Assembly: GCF_006345805.1 (NCBI RefSeq)
Contig: NC_042998.1
Location: forward strand, 53,692,001-53,756,000
Reading direction: 5' to 3'
DNA: 64,000 nucleotides
DNA from: Octopus sinensis
Taxonomy: Eukaryota
Part shown: positions 22,125 through 34,655 of the stretch, in pieces
Layout of the letters: each line of letters opens with the position of its first letter
How positions within the stretch are numbered: the first letter of the stretch is position 1
Program-made: the position numbers and the translations under genes
Notes under the pieces: generated by a model
The model's input: the letters and a program-made list of their open reading frames with translations, nothing else
Told to the model about the DNA's origin: nothing
Database searches by the model: none

Positions 22125-23873
22125 GCTCGTAGCATGTACAACAATGACTTTCTGGACAATGATGATTCAGAACCTCTTATAATACTCACTAATTTACAAG
22201 CAGGAACTTCAAATTCCATGGAACTGCAGACTAGTTTACTGGTACCATTGCACAGTGCAGTATTAATAAACTTGTGACACAAACAAACCTACACCTGTTG
22301 TGGGAGGCACACACAAAGACACATTCACACACACACATATATATATACACACATACATACATTTATTAACACGCACACACACTTCACCCTCCCCCATATA
22401 TATTTTATGAAGTTATTGGTTGTGATCAGTGAGAAAATTACCTGTAGTTTTTACATTTATTATGTTCCTAGCAATGTAGGCAACTCCTCAAACCTACTGG
22501 GCAGAGATACATAACACCTTTATTAATGGAGGTAGGAATACAATCTTAGTCAGCATGGGTTGTGAAAAAAAGCTGAAACAAAATTCTTCAAAGCACAAGC
22601 CTTTTCTGGGTCAGATGGAACTGTTTATCTTTGACTAGTTCCACTTGTGTCTGAAAGGGATCAGTTTATGTATGATTTCTGTTCACTAGTGAGTAAGCAG
22701 GGAATTCCATGTCTTCAACATGAATTTTCTCTCATAGCGGTACTAACTAAACATCTCACTTTGGGAATTTAAGAAGGCCCAGGTCAAGCGAATATTTTAT
22801 GATCCTTGCCTTCTTGGCCAAGCAAAATTTGCATCATCTGCCTACATTGAGGTATGGTTCAGGTAGTTCTAGGAGCTTACATTGAATCCTGCATGGTGTT
22901 CTCTCTTTTTTTAAACACTGTATGTAGTTGGTCAAAGATGTAACACCTCTTAGGATCCTAAAAGAGAAATTATATAAGCATGTGTGTGTGTATATATGTG
23001 TATGTGTATGGCAAGCTTTCACAAAATTTTCATTTACCAAATTCCCTCACAAGGCATTGATCAGCCTGAGATTATGATAGAAAAGTGTTGCAGAGTATAC
23101 TTAGTGTTACACTTAGAAGCCAGTCTTTATTTCATTAGGGATTGAACTTGAATAAAAACACTTGGAGATTATGGTACTTGGTGGAGTCAACAGTAAGATG
23201 CTTTTCGTACCTAATTCAGTGCACACTGCCATGCTTGGTTCAATTTCTTTTAAATGAGCATTTTCATTTTGCTTGGAACTTGACCAAATCAGTAGCAGTC
23301 AAACACAGTTAGTACAGTGGATTATAAGCTCCAACTTAAGAATTATGTCAGAGGGCTATGTTAAATCGGAAACATATCATTATTGCTATAAAAGATAGCT
23401 CTCTGTTCTGTATAAGACAGTCATGTCTCATAAGCCAACATCATCTGAAGCAACACGAACTCATAACTAAGTACCAGTATACTCCTTCTCTTCCTTCTCC
23501 TTCGGCTGCATCTTCACTTCTTTCTCTCCTACATCTTCTACATCTGTTCCTCTCCTCATTTCTTCAGTTATTTTCCTTGTCTGTCTTCCTCAAATTCTGT
23601 TTGTTGTAGTTGTTGTTGTTACTGCTGGTGCTGAAGTAGATGTTGGTGTGTTGCAGTTCTTTATTGTCGTCTCTTTCATCATCACCATCGTCATCATCAT
23701 TATCGCTGTCATCATCATCGGCATCATTTTAAATGACAACATCTATTTTTTTTTTACTTTTCCCCCCACATCATCTCATTTGTTATTTCAGTCATAATGC
23801 TAAAGATATTAACAATTTTACACAAACATAAACTCACCCACATATATAAATATGCATATATATATATATATAT

Positions 23874-23874
<1 letters not shown>

Positions 23875-23939
<65 letters not shown>
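23875..23939. repeat. (TAGA)n microsatellite
   Basis: Perfect tetranucleotide run. Confidence 0.95.
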
Positions 23940-24625
23940 GATGTATATTTATTTATATACATACTTACATGTATACATACATATATATTTATATACATGT
24001 ATGCATACAAGCATATATATATATATACTCACATATACACACATGCAAATATATATATATATATACACACATGCATATATATATATACACACATATATAT
24101 ATACACGCAGACATATATATATATATATATATGTATATATGAATGTATGTATGTATGTGTGTACGTATACATATGCCCATACATATGTGTGTGTGTGATT
24201 GCTCATCATCATTTCCATACAAATGGATCCTGTTCATTCTTCCAAAATTAGTAAACCATATTATATATTCAGATATTATAAATATCTGGATTATATTAAA
24301 ACAATGGAAAGCCTTTGTAATCTTCATTCGTTATTTGCTCTCTTTTCCATTTTCTTTATGATTTTATATGCAAATCCCATGTTTTCAGAAGTGAACTGAG
24401 TCATTCTACAATGGTACCATAAAGCATGAAACCATTGTCTGAGAATAATCAATTCATATGAAACAAAAACGATGAATACACTTGCAATTTGGGAATAAAG
24501 ATAATCTACATTATGTATGAGTGTATGTGTATGTATGTACATATATATGTATATACATGTGTGAGCATGTATGTATACATATAAATATGCACACACAATA
24601 TATATATATATAAAATATAAATATA

Positions 24626-24679
<54 letters not shown>

Positions 24680-24908
24680 ATGTACTCACTCACACATATA
24701 TATATATTATATATATATATCTATGATATATATATAATAGATTATATATATATAGTATATATTATATATATATATCACATATATATGTATAATATATATA
24801 TCATATTTATATTATAAAATACATATAAATATTATATATAGTATATAGTATATATATCATCATCATTAGCATTTAACATCCGTTTTCTATGCTATATATA
24901 TATATAAA

Positions 24909-27451
24909 GAGGCATATCTCAACTTAAGTCATTTCAATCTAAGTTGTTCACAATTATACGTCGATTCTCGAAAGTAATATATGGAAAAATAAAAGTTAAA
25001 TCAAGTCAATTTACTCGACTTTATGTCTGTCTGCCACAAATATTGGAATTGTAAAATCACTAGAAAACCGTTAAAAGCTCATAAAATCATGTTACTGTAC
25101 AATAACTATGAATAAAGTCATATAAAATCATATCAAAATACGTTCTGTAAATGTTAAGATACACACCATAAAGTAGTGTAGCTTAGTGAATGAAATCATG
25201 AAATCAGCTGTGTTGTCTTATTTATCTGTCTTTTGGAGCTCATATTGCACTGTAGTTCCAGTATCTACCATTAGGCGTCATTCTCACTCGTGACTCCCAT
25301 GATTGTTTTGAATTCAGATTTGTTTATATCTGTTTATCAGCTACTTTCTCATTCTCATTCATTTGTGATTTTATTTTTTTTCCCCTAGCTCATAAGAAAA
25401 TTCATTGTGAAGGTGCTAAGTGTCATGCTATAACACTGGATAATATACTAGCTATGATAAAATGCCATGATAAAGGGGAAAAATGGTAGCAGTTGCACAA
25501 TCTTTTGGGATAAATTGGACAACTGTATTGATGATTGTACATAATAAGGACAAGATTTTAGCACATATTAAATCTGAAGCCCCAGGGATGAAGAACACTG
25601 TCATCAATAAGAAAAGAAGCAAAATCTTTGAAGAAATGGAAAGTCTTCTTTCTCTTTGGATTGTTAGGTTGAATTGTCAGCATGCTAGAAAGTGTTGTCT
25701 TTGTTAGAGGACCTGAAGAAAAAATATCCATATGAGAACGATGTAGAGTTCAAGGCAAGTCAAAGATGGTTCATGAGATTTAGGGAGTGAAGAAGTTATC
25801 ACTCCATTAAGAAGCAAGGCAAAAGTGCATCAGCTGACAAACAAGCAGCGGCAGAATTTCTTAATGCATTAAAGAAAAATCATTGAAGAAAATGGGTTTC
25901 TTCCTGAACAGATTTTTAATGTAGATGAAACTGAATTGTATTGGAAAAAATTGCCAGACCATTCATTCATTTCTAAGGAGGAGAAATCTATTTCAGGCTG
26001 CAAGGTCTCAAAGAATGTGTGACCATCATTTTGGGAGGTAATTGTGCAGGAGACTTTAAGTTAAAGCCATTGCTTATGCATGATGCACACAGCCTCTGTG
26101 TACTGAAGAACATACCAAAGGCATCTCTCCCTGTTACATGGATGGCTAATTCAAAAGCATGGATTACTGTTGTTGTTTTTGAAGATTGGTTCTTCAATAA
26201 TTTTATCCCAGCAGCAGAGAAGGACTGTAAGGAGAAGGGGATTCCTTTTTAGGTTTTATTTATCTTAGATAATGTTCCTGGCCACCCACAAAACACTGTA
26301 GATTTTAACCTCCATTGTTACCATTGTATACCTCCTTCTGAACACCACGTCTTTTCTGCAGCAAATAGATCAAGGAATAATTGCTATCTTCAAGTGTTAC
26401 TATATGAAGCATACACTGTGGCAAGCAATAGCTGCAACTGATCTTGATGAGTCCATCACACTTCGTGACTTTTGGTAGAGATAAGATATCTACTAGGCTG
26501 TACAGAAGACAGCAATGGCTTGGAATGATGTACAGAGTATGGCTATGAATGGTGTGTGGAAGAAGCTATGCCCGCAATTCGTGAATGATTGTAATGGGTT
26601 TGATAATGTTGCCATCAACAAAACTTTGGTGACTATGAGCAAAGAACTGGAAATGGATTTGGAGGAGGAGGATATCACAGATTTATTTTAAAAAGACAAG
26701 CAGCTGCTGATGAATGAGGCTTTGATAGAGCTTCACAAGCATCAAAATAAAGAAGAAGAGGAAGTCGAACATGAACCACATCACTTTATCATTAAAAAAT
26801 GCAAGCATTTGCATATATCAAAAAAGGTCTTTCTATGATTAAGGATAGGGGCTTGTTATGAAGCTTTTGCTCTTATGATGTAATCTTTGATGAAAAGAGA
26901 ATAGTTCAAGAAACTCTCGACCAGTTTTTTAAGCACTTCGAACAACAAGAACAGCCAGAGTCAACTGTTGATATTGATGATCCACAGTCATCTAAATCTG
27001 CGATATAAACTACCAGATTGTATGTAAGTATTGGTAAATTTAAAATAATTTAGTTTTCTTTTAGTATTACAAAATAATAATTACTGAATTTCTTTTCTAA
27101 ACTTAAAAACGGCTTTTAATTTACTATGTCTTATTGCAAACCACATTCATAAATAAAGCGTCTGGGATGTACAGTAAACACTGCCAATTTCTATTTGTAA
27201 ATTTAGATTACTTTTTTTTTTACTGTACTGTATTAAAAAGTAAAATTATTTGATTGCAAGCTTAAAATAGGTTCTTATTAACCATGTATTGTTGAAAGTG
27301 CATTCATAAATAAAGTACAGAACTGGGAATGGTTATTAGCAGTTTAGCCTAGAGACAAGTAAATTCGGCCTAGCCTAGCCTAGAGACAAGTTAATTTGAC
27401 TTAAGTCGTGTTTCCTGGAACTAATTAACAAAGCAGGGTGAGGTATGCATG
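24909..27451 (+). mobile_element. Tigger/pogo-family DNA transposon, ~2.5 kb, decayed transposase at about 25385-26950
   Basis: Two CENP-B-like HTH regions (VAVAQSFGINWTTV; FKASQRWF) and DDE_1 motifs QIFNVDET, TIILGGNCAGDFKLKPL, WMANSKAWIT...FEDWF, LFILDNVPGHP. Degenerate TIRs gaggcatatctc and gaggtatgcatg. Confidence 0.9.
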
Positions 27452-27700
27452 CATACACAAAATATACATACCTACATACACAAAATATATATATATACAT
27501 ACACTCAAAATATAAATTGCATACATACATACATATATGTATATATACACATGCACAAAATATACATGCATACACACACACATATATATACACATGCAAA
27601 ATATGCATACATATATATGTATACACACACACAAATGTATGCATACATATATATGTTCACAGAGATCAGAACTGCAGCTCTTGGTGGTCCAAATCAGATA

Positions 27701-27763
27701 TGCACTCTATGTAGGTGTCTCTTCAAAACATTATCTAGTTTAAAAAGCCACATCCGATGCCAT
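27701..27763 (+). other. single C2H2 zinc-finger coding motif, probably the 3' end of a truncated LINE
   Basis: CTLCRCLFKTLSSLKSHIRCH fits C-x2-C-x3-F-x5-L-x2-H-x3-H. Flanked by microsatellites and ending in a (TA)n tract. Confidence 0.55.
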
Positions 27764-27824
27764 GATGGCTCCAAGGTGTTGTTACAGGAGGTGGTCAAAC
27801 TCTGCATAAGAGTAGACAACCACC

Positions 27825-27894
<70 letters not shown>

Positions 27895-27943
27895 TTCTAT
27901 ATATATATATATGTGTGTGTGTGTATATATAAATATATCTATA

Positions 27944-27976
<33 letters not shown>

Positions 27977-27979
<3 letters not shown>

Positions 27980-28810
27980 TCTAATCAATAAGTATCTGGA
28001 CTTTTGTAATGAAGCTAAAGCATACAGAATGAAGCCGCTTGGCACAAATTGATCTTGAATTCTGTTGTTCATGTGCACTAAGTTTTAACGTTCTAGCTCA
28101 CTTCTGCTGTTTACAGCAGTGCTCGGAAGGAAGGTGTATTGCATGTGATCATGACATTGACCATGACAGAGAAAGCTGTCATAGTAATACCCTCTCAGAC
28201 AACCACGCAAAGTTGCAGAAATGTACAGAGAGGAGTTTATGAGCCATATACAAATGTAAGAGTTATTCAGATGTTTCTAAGATGGCAGAAAAAACGTCGA
28301 TATTGACCCACAACCAGCAGAACTGAGAAAAACATCGTAGATGTACATGCAGCTGTGAGGGGAAATGGATGTGCTGATTAATCACAGTTCAGTTTGGTCC
28401 ATTATCATTGAAGATTTGGGTATAAAATGCATGTCTACCAAGATTGTGCCAAAACTGCTTTTAGCTGACCAAAAAGACACCTGGATTTCATTTGCACAAG
28501 ATCTTGATTGCATCGAGAATGATGAAAACTTTTTGAAAACTTTGTGTAGGCCTCTGAGCAGGAATCACTAAGCTTTTGGAAAATTTCGACGCAGATTCTC
28601 AGCTCAACTTTGTCATGGTCAATGCGATGATCACACACCACACACGTTCCTTCCAAGCACAGCTGTAAACAATAGAAGTGAGCTCGAATGTTAAAATTTA
28701 GTGTACATGCACAACAGAGTTTAAGGTCAATCCATACCAAACAGCTTTACTCTGCATGCTTTGGCTTCATTACTATGGCAACTGTCCGGATACTTATTGA
28801 TCATTCCACG
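27977..28810 (+). mobile_element. internally deleted mariner-like element with ~200-bp terminal inverted repeats
   Basis: About 27983-28178 is the imperfect reverse complement of about 28600-28803 (atcaataagtatc[c/t]ggac ends). Interior encodes IIEDLGIKCMSTKIVPKLL. TA at 28811-28812. Confidence 0.8.
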
Positions 28811-28837
28811 TATACACAATTATATACATATATATAT

Positions 28838-29930
28838 AACGCTACCTCGATGACTGCTTCATATTTTGGAACAGATCAGAAGAAGACCTATGGATATTCC
28901 ACAACATCCTCAACATGCTGCACCCATCTATCAACTTCACAATAGATACCAGCCACAATGAACTTCCCCTCCTAGACATCAATATCAAAATACACAACTC
29001 CATCATCACAACAGACATCCACTGCAAAATAACCGACACACACCAGTATTTAAATTTCCACTCCTGCCACCCATCCCACATAAAAAGAAACATCCCATAT
29101 AGTATGGCAAGACGAATATGTAGCATAGTAACTGACTCACAAACATGACTAATAAGACTAGATGAACTTAAAAACTTCCTACTAGAGCAAAAATGCCCCC
29201 TTAAACTAATAGAAAATGGAATCACAAGAGCAATGAAACTAGACATCGCACAACTCAGGACACCCAAAACAAAAAACAAAGAAAACATTATCCCTTTCAT
29301 AAACACGCACAACCCTGGAGTCACCAACATGTTCCAAATCATACATTCAAACCTGCCGATAGTCTTACAAAGCCCCAAAATGGAAAACATACGAAACAAA
29401 TATTGCATAAAAAACAGTAGATGACAAGACAAAAACCTAAAGAAACATCTAACAAGAGCGAAATTCTCATCAGAAACTAAAACTGAATTCTTTGTAAAGA
29501 GTGCGGAGATGGTAGATGTGGGATCTGCAGCAACCCCACCTACAAATACATAGAGGGAGACAAAGAAATGAAATTTAAAAGTGGTCACATATTTAAAATA
29601 AATGCAGATATGAACTGCAAGACGCAGAACATAATATACTGCATAACCTGCCCCACGTGCAAGGAGGATTACATAGGTGAAACTGGAAATTCTTTGTGCC
29701 AACGAGCCAGGATTCACCGACAACATGTCTGACAGGAAAAACTGCACAAGATACCACTGAGTAAACACCTAGATACATGTGGAGAAGGAATATTTAAGAT
29801 CTTTCCGTTCTACAAATGTCCAAAGAACGACACCTCCTTCAGGAGGAATATGGAAAAATATTTCGTAACTAAGTTCTCCCCCAAATTGAATGGCTGAAAA
29901 TATCTCTATAATAAGCTTTACCAGATGAAG
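28838..29930 (+). mobile_element. 5'-truncated Penelope-like element (RT C-terminus plus GIY-YIG), pseudogenised
   Basis: RYLDDCFIFW (YLDD at 28843-28854), LPLLDI, DTHQYLNFHSCHP, Cys-rich linker CGDGRCGIC, NIIYCITCPTCKEDYIGETG; stop at 29895-29897. Internal stops and one frameshift near 29500. Confidence 0.92.
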
Positions 29931-30001
29931 GACCAAATTTGTTAAGTAAACTGTATTAAACACATGCACACAGACACACACACACACACACACACACACA
30001 C

Positions 30002-30041
<40 letters not shown>

Positions 30042-30579
30042 TCTGCACATATGTTTTGGTTTTTGAAAATACAAGATTGAAAAAAGGATATTCTAATATT
30101 TGAATGAAACCATTTCACTTTAGTTTGTGGAACCAGTTGCTCCTGTATGATAAAACTTAATATTTATTTAACTGTCAATTAGTGAGATATTAGACTAAAT
30201 CAATTGAAGATCAGACAACAGACTCAGTGGTTGTCAGTTTGTATTCTGTCATCTGTAACTTCAACACAAGAAAGTCTCTTTTTCAAGTATGGACCTTATG
30301 AAATTTTGCTCATCATACATTGAAGGACAGATCTTTCAATTTATAATTTAACAAACATAATGTGGCATTTAGTGTGTATATATATAGTGGTATAAATATC
30401 AACACAATTATTTCCTCTTCCTTTTTTTTCTTCTTCTCTTTTCTTCCCTTCTCCAAACTCACAGACACCCACACACACCTCTACAAAACAATAATAAAAA
30501 GGATTCTTCTCTAAAACACAAAAATCATTTGACCATCCCTCATTAAACACACACACACTCTCACACAATGATAAAAAGG

Positions 30580-30902
30580 AAATATAATTCCCTCCCCTTC
30601 CTTCCTTTTCTTCTTCTTTTCTAATACTCCCTCCAGATAGAAAAAAAACACACACACACACATGCTCTCTCTCACTTTCTCCCCATTCACCACCCTCTTG
30701 TACTCTTATGTCTCTCCCCGCCACTACACACTCAATAATACTATAAAATGGTCAAAACGTAAATTCTTTTCCCCCAAGATCTTAGACCCCCCTTGGAGTA
30801 AACATCCTGTCCAGCATAACAAAATTTTTCTTTTTCTTCCCTCTCCCTTCCCCTCTTTTTCTTTAACACTTCTTCCAAATACAAAAACACACACACACAC
30901 AT

Positions 30903-30936
<34 letters not shown>

Positions 30937-31023
30937 AGTTTCTCCCCATCCATCACCCTCTTGTACTGTCTTATATCCCTCCCCACCACTACACACTCAA
31001 TAACACTATAAAATGGTCAAAAC
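30580..31023. repeat. imperfect ~260-bp direct repeat of CT/CA-rich sequence
   Basis: ccactacacactcaataa[t/c]actataaaatggtcaaaac occurs at about 30721 and 30985 with shared upstream (CA)n(CT)n. Confidence 0.8.
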
Positions 31024-31249
31024 TTTTTACACTGGAAAAACCCCACTAGAATGGGAGAAAGTGCTCATACATGATCTAAGTTATATGATGTATAAAAACA
31101 TATAATATACAAATAAATATCTGAAAATATAAAACCATCCGAATTTCTGAGTACCTCATTTCTTCTAATATATACACATATATATAATTAATCCCCCAAA
31201 AAAACACAGAGGTAAAAACACAATATATCATTGAATCCATAATTTTACT

Positions 31250-32150
31250 TACATTATCTGGAAATTCTTCACTTTTTTCTGGTGAATGGGTATATAATCA
31301 TACAATTCACTCAATTTCTTGGACTTATTTTGTTGAATACCCATTCTGACCACTTTCCATAATTTTTCTGTTGGAATTAAATTCAAAGACTGTTCTGGCT
31401 GCTGCTAAATTTAGATTTTCTTGCTTTTGGCAAATATTTTGATTATTCACCAGCTACACTTTAGGTTTTTTTCCCCACAAAAGTCCATGATACACTCAAA
31501 TTATTCTTAGCATACCAAAGAATTTTCTTTTCCATACATACAGGCTCTAAAACAAGAGATTATCACTATAATGCTTAACTGTCAGCTTCATGCATCTTTC
31601 GGGGAATTTCTCTATCTCTGATATTGGACGTATATTGAACGTATATCTCATCCAATCAGTCTGGCAACATTCAGTTCTTATACTTTGGAGTGTACAAAAT
31701 GCAAGCACACTAGTTTTTTAGAGAAACATGATGTATTCAAACCAAAGAGACTTTTTTATGGTAGTAACACTAATATGGATGTAGCATTTCCATCAAACAT
31801 TCTTCAAGGTGTCAATAAGTCATTTCCCTGTTTTTCATTGACAAATGCAGTATGTGTCAGCCCATTTTCTTTCAGTATGTTCATGGTTGCTCTGACCACC
31901 ATTTTTTTTTTGTGGTTGTCCAGAAGAGCCACCAGTTTCACTAAAATGATCATAGTATGGATAATAGCATCGATTGAACAACCAACTCCAACATCAATGG
32001 CTTCTAAATTCTACTTGAACATAGTTTGGACAAGCAAATATTCATTTATTCAACAGAACAGATCTGAGTATGATCTAACTAAATAGTTATTAACAGTGTC
32101 CTTCTTAGAATATTATACCAAATCATCTTCATCGTTAATATCTAACGCCA
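31250..32150 (-). mobile_element. heavily decayed Tc1-like transposase
   Basis: Minus-strand fragments in Tc1 order: VGVGCSIDAII, FSETGGSSGQPQK, EKFPERCMKLTVKH, PEQSLNLIPTEKLWKVVR...KKLSEL (similar to QSPDLNPIENLW). Confidence 0.6.
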
Positions 32151-32333
32151 CTTAAAAGCACCTATGCAGTGCCACATAAAAGCACCCAGTACACTCTGTA
32201 AAGTGGTTGGTGTTAGGAAGGGCATCCAGCCATAGAAACCTTGCCAAATCAAACTGGAATCTGGTGCAGCCTTCCAGCTTGCCAGCTTCGGTCAAACTGT
32301 CTAACCCATGCAAGCATGGACAACAGACTTTAA

Positions 32334-32369
<36 letters not shown>

Positions 32370-32390
32370 GGGGTGGTGATGATGATGATG
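32150..32390 (+). mobile_element. RTE-tail element with a long (GAT)n tail followed by (GAG)n
   Basis: aaagcacc, ggaagggcatccagcc, aacccatgc motifs and tail. Confidence 0.8.
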
Positions 32391-33486
32391 AGGAGGAGGA
32401 GGAGGCGAAGGCGGAGGAGGAGGAGGAAGGGGAGGAGGGAGATGATTTATCTTATCTTTTGCTATGGTCAGCTTTGATCTAGCATAGCTATGATCAGTCA
32501 GTATAATGTATCTTTTATCGTTGAGGACAAGGTTACCTTTTCTGACCATTCCTATTTTAAAAAGGAAGTGTGTAGGGATTGAAAGAGAATTGGCTGCTAC
32601 TTGATATTGATCAAGCAACACTGTAGAGTAGTCATGAGCAAAATGAGGTCTGCAGGACTTTCTGCCTGGCTTGCCTTATGAAAAATTGCCTTGAATTCAT
32701 GCAGCCCACTTCTCAAATAAAGGTTGCCTATGTCTGATGTACAATATTCTTATTGGCTCATAAACAATGAATAACATACCTTAGCATAAATTGTTGTATG
32801 GCTCCAGTGAAATGTAAACTGTTAAAAGACAAAAAGAAAATTATGTAGCTAGTATTGAAACACATTTATAAAAACAGTCACTAAATTTAGAGAACAGATT
32901 TTTAATTTTTCTATCTTCAATTTTTCTTTTGCAAAGTAATTAATCAAATTAATTAGCTTCAAATAACAAAAACAAAAACAGAGAAAGATTGTTAGTTATT
33001 TTTTCTGATAACATAAAAAAAAGAACAGAAACAAAAAACAATGAAACAAATAATTAATAAATATGAATTATGATAATAATTTCAGAGATATTTGAATGAA
33101 AAATCTTTTTTCAAAGAAATACAATTACAGTCTTAAGAATTGATTATATATCTATAGAATGTAAAACCTTTATTGAAGACCAACAAATATTTTGTCAAAA
33201 CACACACACACACAAGTTTATACATATTCATCTGTACATTATCTATCTATCTATTTTTCTCCTGCCACTCTCTTTGTGTGTATAATACTTATGTGTAATT
33301 ATACACACACACAACGCGTTTCTTTTAGTTTCCATCTGCCAAATCCACTCACAAGGCTTTGGTTGGCCCAAGGCTATAGTAGAAGACACTTGCCCAAAGT
33401 GCCATGCAGTGGGACTGAACCCAGAACCATGTGATTGGTAAGCCACTCCTTATATATATATAATATTTATATATATGTATATATAT

Positions 33487-33527
<41 letters not shown>

Positions 33528-34027
33528 GATATGTATATATATAAATACATACATATATATATATATATATGTATATATATATGTATATATATAAATATAT
33601 ATTTATATGTATGTATGTATATATATATATATATGTATATATATAAATATATATTTATATGTATGTATGTATATATGACAACCACCGTTATATATATTTT
33701 GTTTATTCATTACTGTTTTCAATTCGTTTTGTCTCTTGTATTCACATCCGTCTTGTGCGTTCACATTCCTGTCTTCTACCAAGAAATCTAATGCTTACAG
33801 CTTAGTTTTTTTTCTTGGGGCTGGCCGAGTTGGAGCAAATATCAGAATTGAACAGCCGAAATTTGCTATGATGATTCGGTGTCTGACTGAAGATTGAAGG
33901 CTTCGAATGATTTGTCTGTGTTCCGTGTTCGTCCCTTCCTGTATTTCACGTTCATTATATATAAAAACATTCATTCTTATATATATATATATACATATAT
34001 ATATAAATTATATAATATGTATATGTG

Positions 34028-34143
34028 TACATAAATATAAGAGAGTAACCACTATGTGGTCGACTCTAGCACTAAAACTAGATCTGCTAGGTTTCAGCCA
34101 CAGAGAGTCGACCACATAGTGGTTACTCTCTTATATTTATGTA
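34028..34143. repeat. inverted repeat, perfect 40-bp arms, 36-nt spacer
   Basis: Arms 34028-34067 and 34104-34143 (tacataaatataagagagtaaccactatgtggtcgactct and its reverse complement). Confidence 0.92.
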
Positions 34144-34258
34144 TAAAATTTATTGTAATCCAGGTTTTTATGCACTAAGCCACTTAGTGTTAAATGGATG
34201 TACTATTAAATTAGTATCCAATTTTCTCACCCTTATTAGTTGTATGTATATATGTATA

Positions 34259-34399
34259 TACATTATTTACATTTGACAGATATTTATCCTCATCTTGTTT
34301 GTTGTTAACACAACGTTTTGGCTGATATACCTTCCAGCCTTCATCAGGTGTTTTGGGGAAATTTTGAACATGGGTTATCATTCCTAAGGTATTTTCCGA

Positions 34400-34435
<36 letters not shown>

Positions 34436-34623
34436 TAATATTATTATTATTATTCAGATCACTGCCTGGAATTGAACTCAGAATCGTGGGGTTAGTAGCC
34501 CCTGCTCTTAATCACTATGCCATATGCCTGTGGACAACAAACAAGATAAGTTCAAATATCCGTCAAATGTAAATAATGTAAATAATGTACATAATTCATC
34601 TCTTAAATATAGAACTGTAATAT

Positions 34624-34625
<2 letters not shown>
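34259..34625 (-). mobile_element. small element with 47-bp inverted termini, an internal tRNA-like Pol III head and a hammerhead-like motif
   Basis: Inverted repeats 34259-34305 / 34534-34580 (42 of 47 match). A-box-like TGGCATAGTGA (34512-34522) and B box GAGTTCAATTCC (34468-34479) on the minus strand. Central (ATT)n. Confidence 0.75.
34307..34352 (-). ncRNA. minimal hammerhead-like motif, G12 mutated to A in this copy
   Basis: AACAC-CUGAUGA-A-GGCUG-gaagguauau-CAGCC-AAA-ACGU-U-GUGUU: 5-bp stems I and II, palindromic stem III. Confidence 0.55.

Positions 34626-34655
<30 letters not shown>

Noticed and set aside
22430-23460. Possible old LINE RT remnant on the minus strand (*ADD near 22840; IISKCFYSSSIPNEIKTG near 23150)
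   Set aside because: Catalytic Tyr codon is a stop, motif spacing is wrong and other motifs are missing; too weak to call.
31680-32150. Reading frame first taken for an SF1-helicase-like pseudogene
   Set aside because: Frameshift-aware reading gives Tc1 motifs (TVKH and an SPDLNPIE-like motif) in the right order, so a transposase remnant is more parsimonious.
32207-32482. Acidic poly-D/E ORF
   Set aside because: Translation of the (GAT)n tail of an RTE-tail element plus a (GAG)n tract.
33880-33915. CUGAAGA...CUUCGAA hammerhead-like string
   Set aside because: Stem II would need a 1-nt loop, and there is no stem I or III.
34455-34530. tRNA gene candidate (also the SINE heads)
   Set aside because: A and B boxes are present but there is no acceptor stem or cloverleaf; these are tRNA-derived heads.
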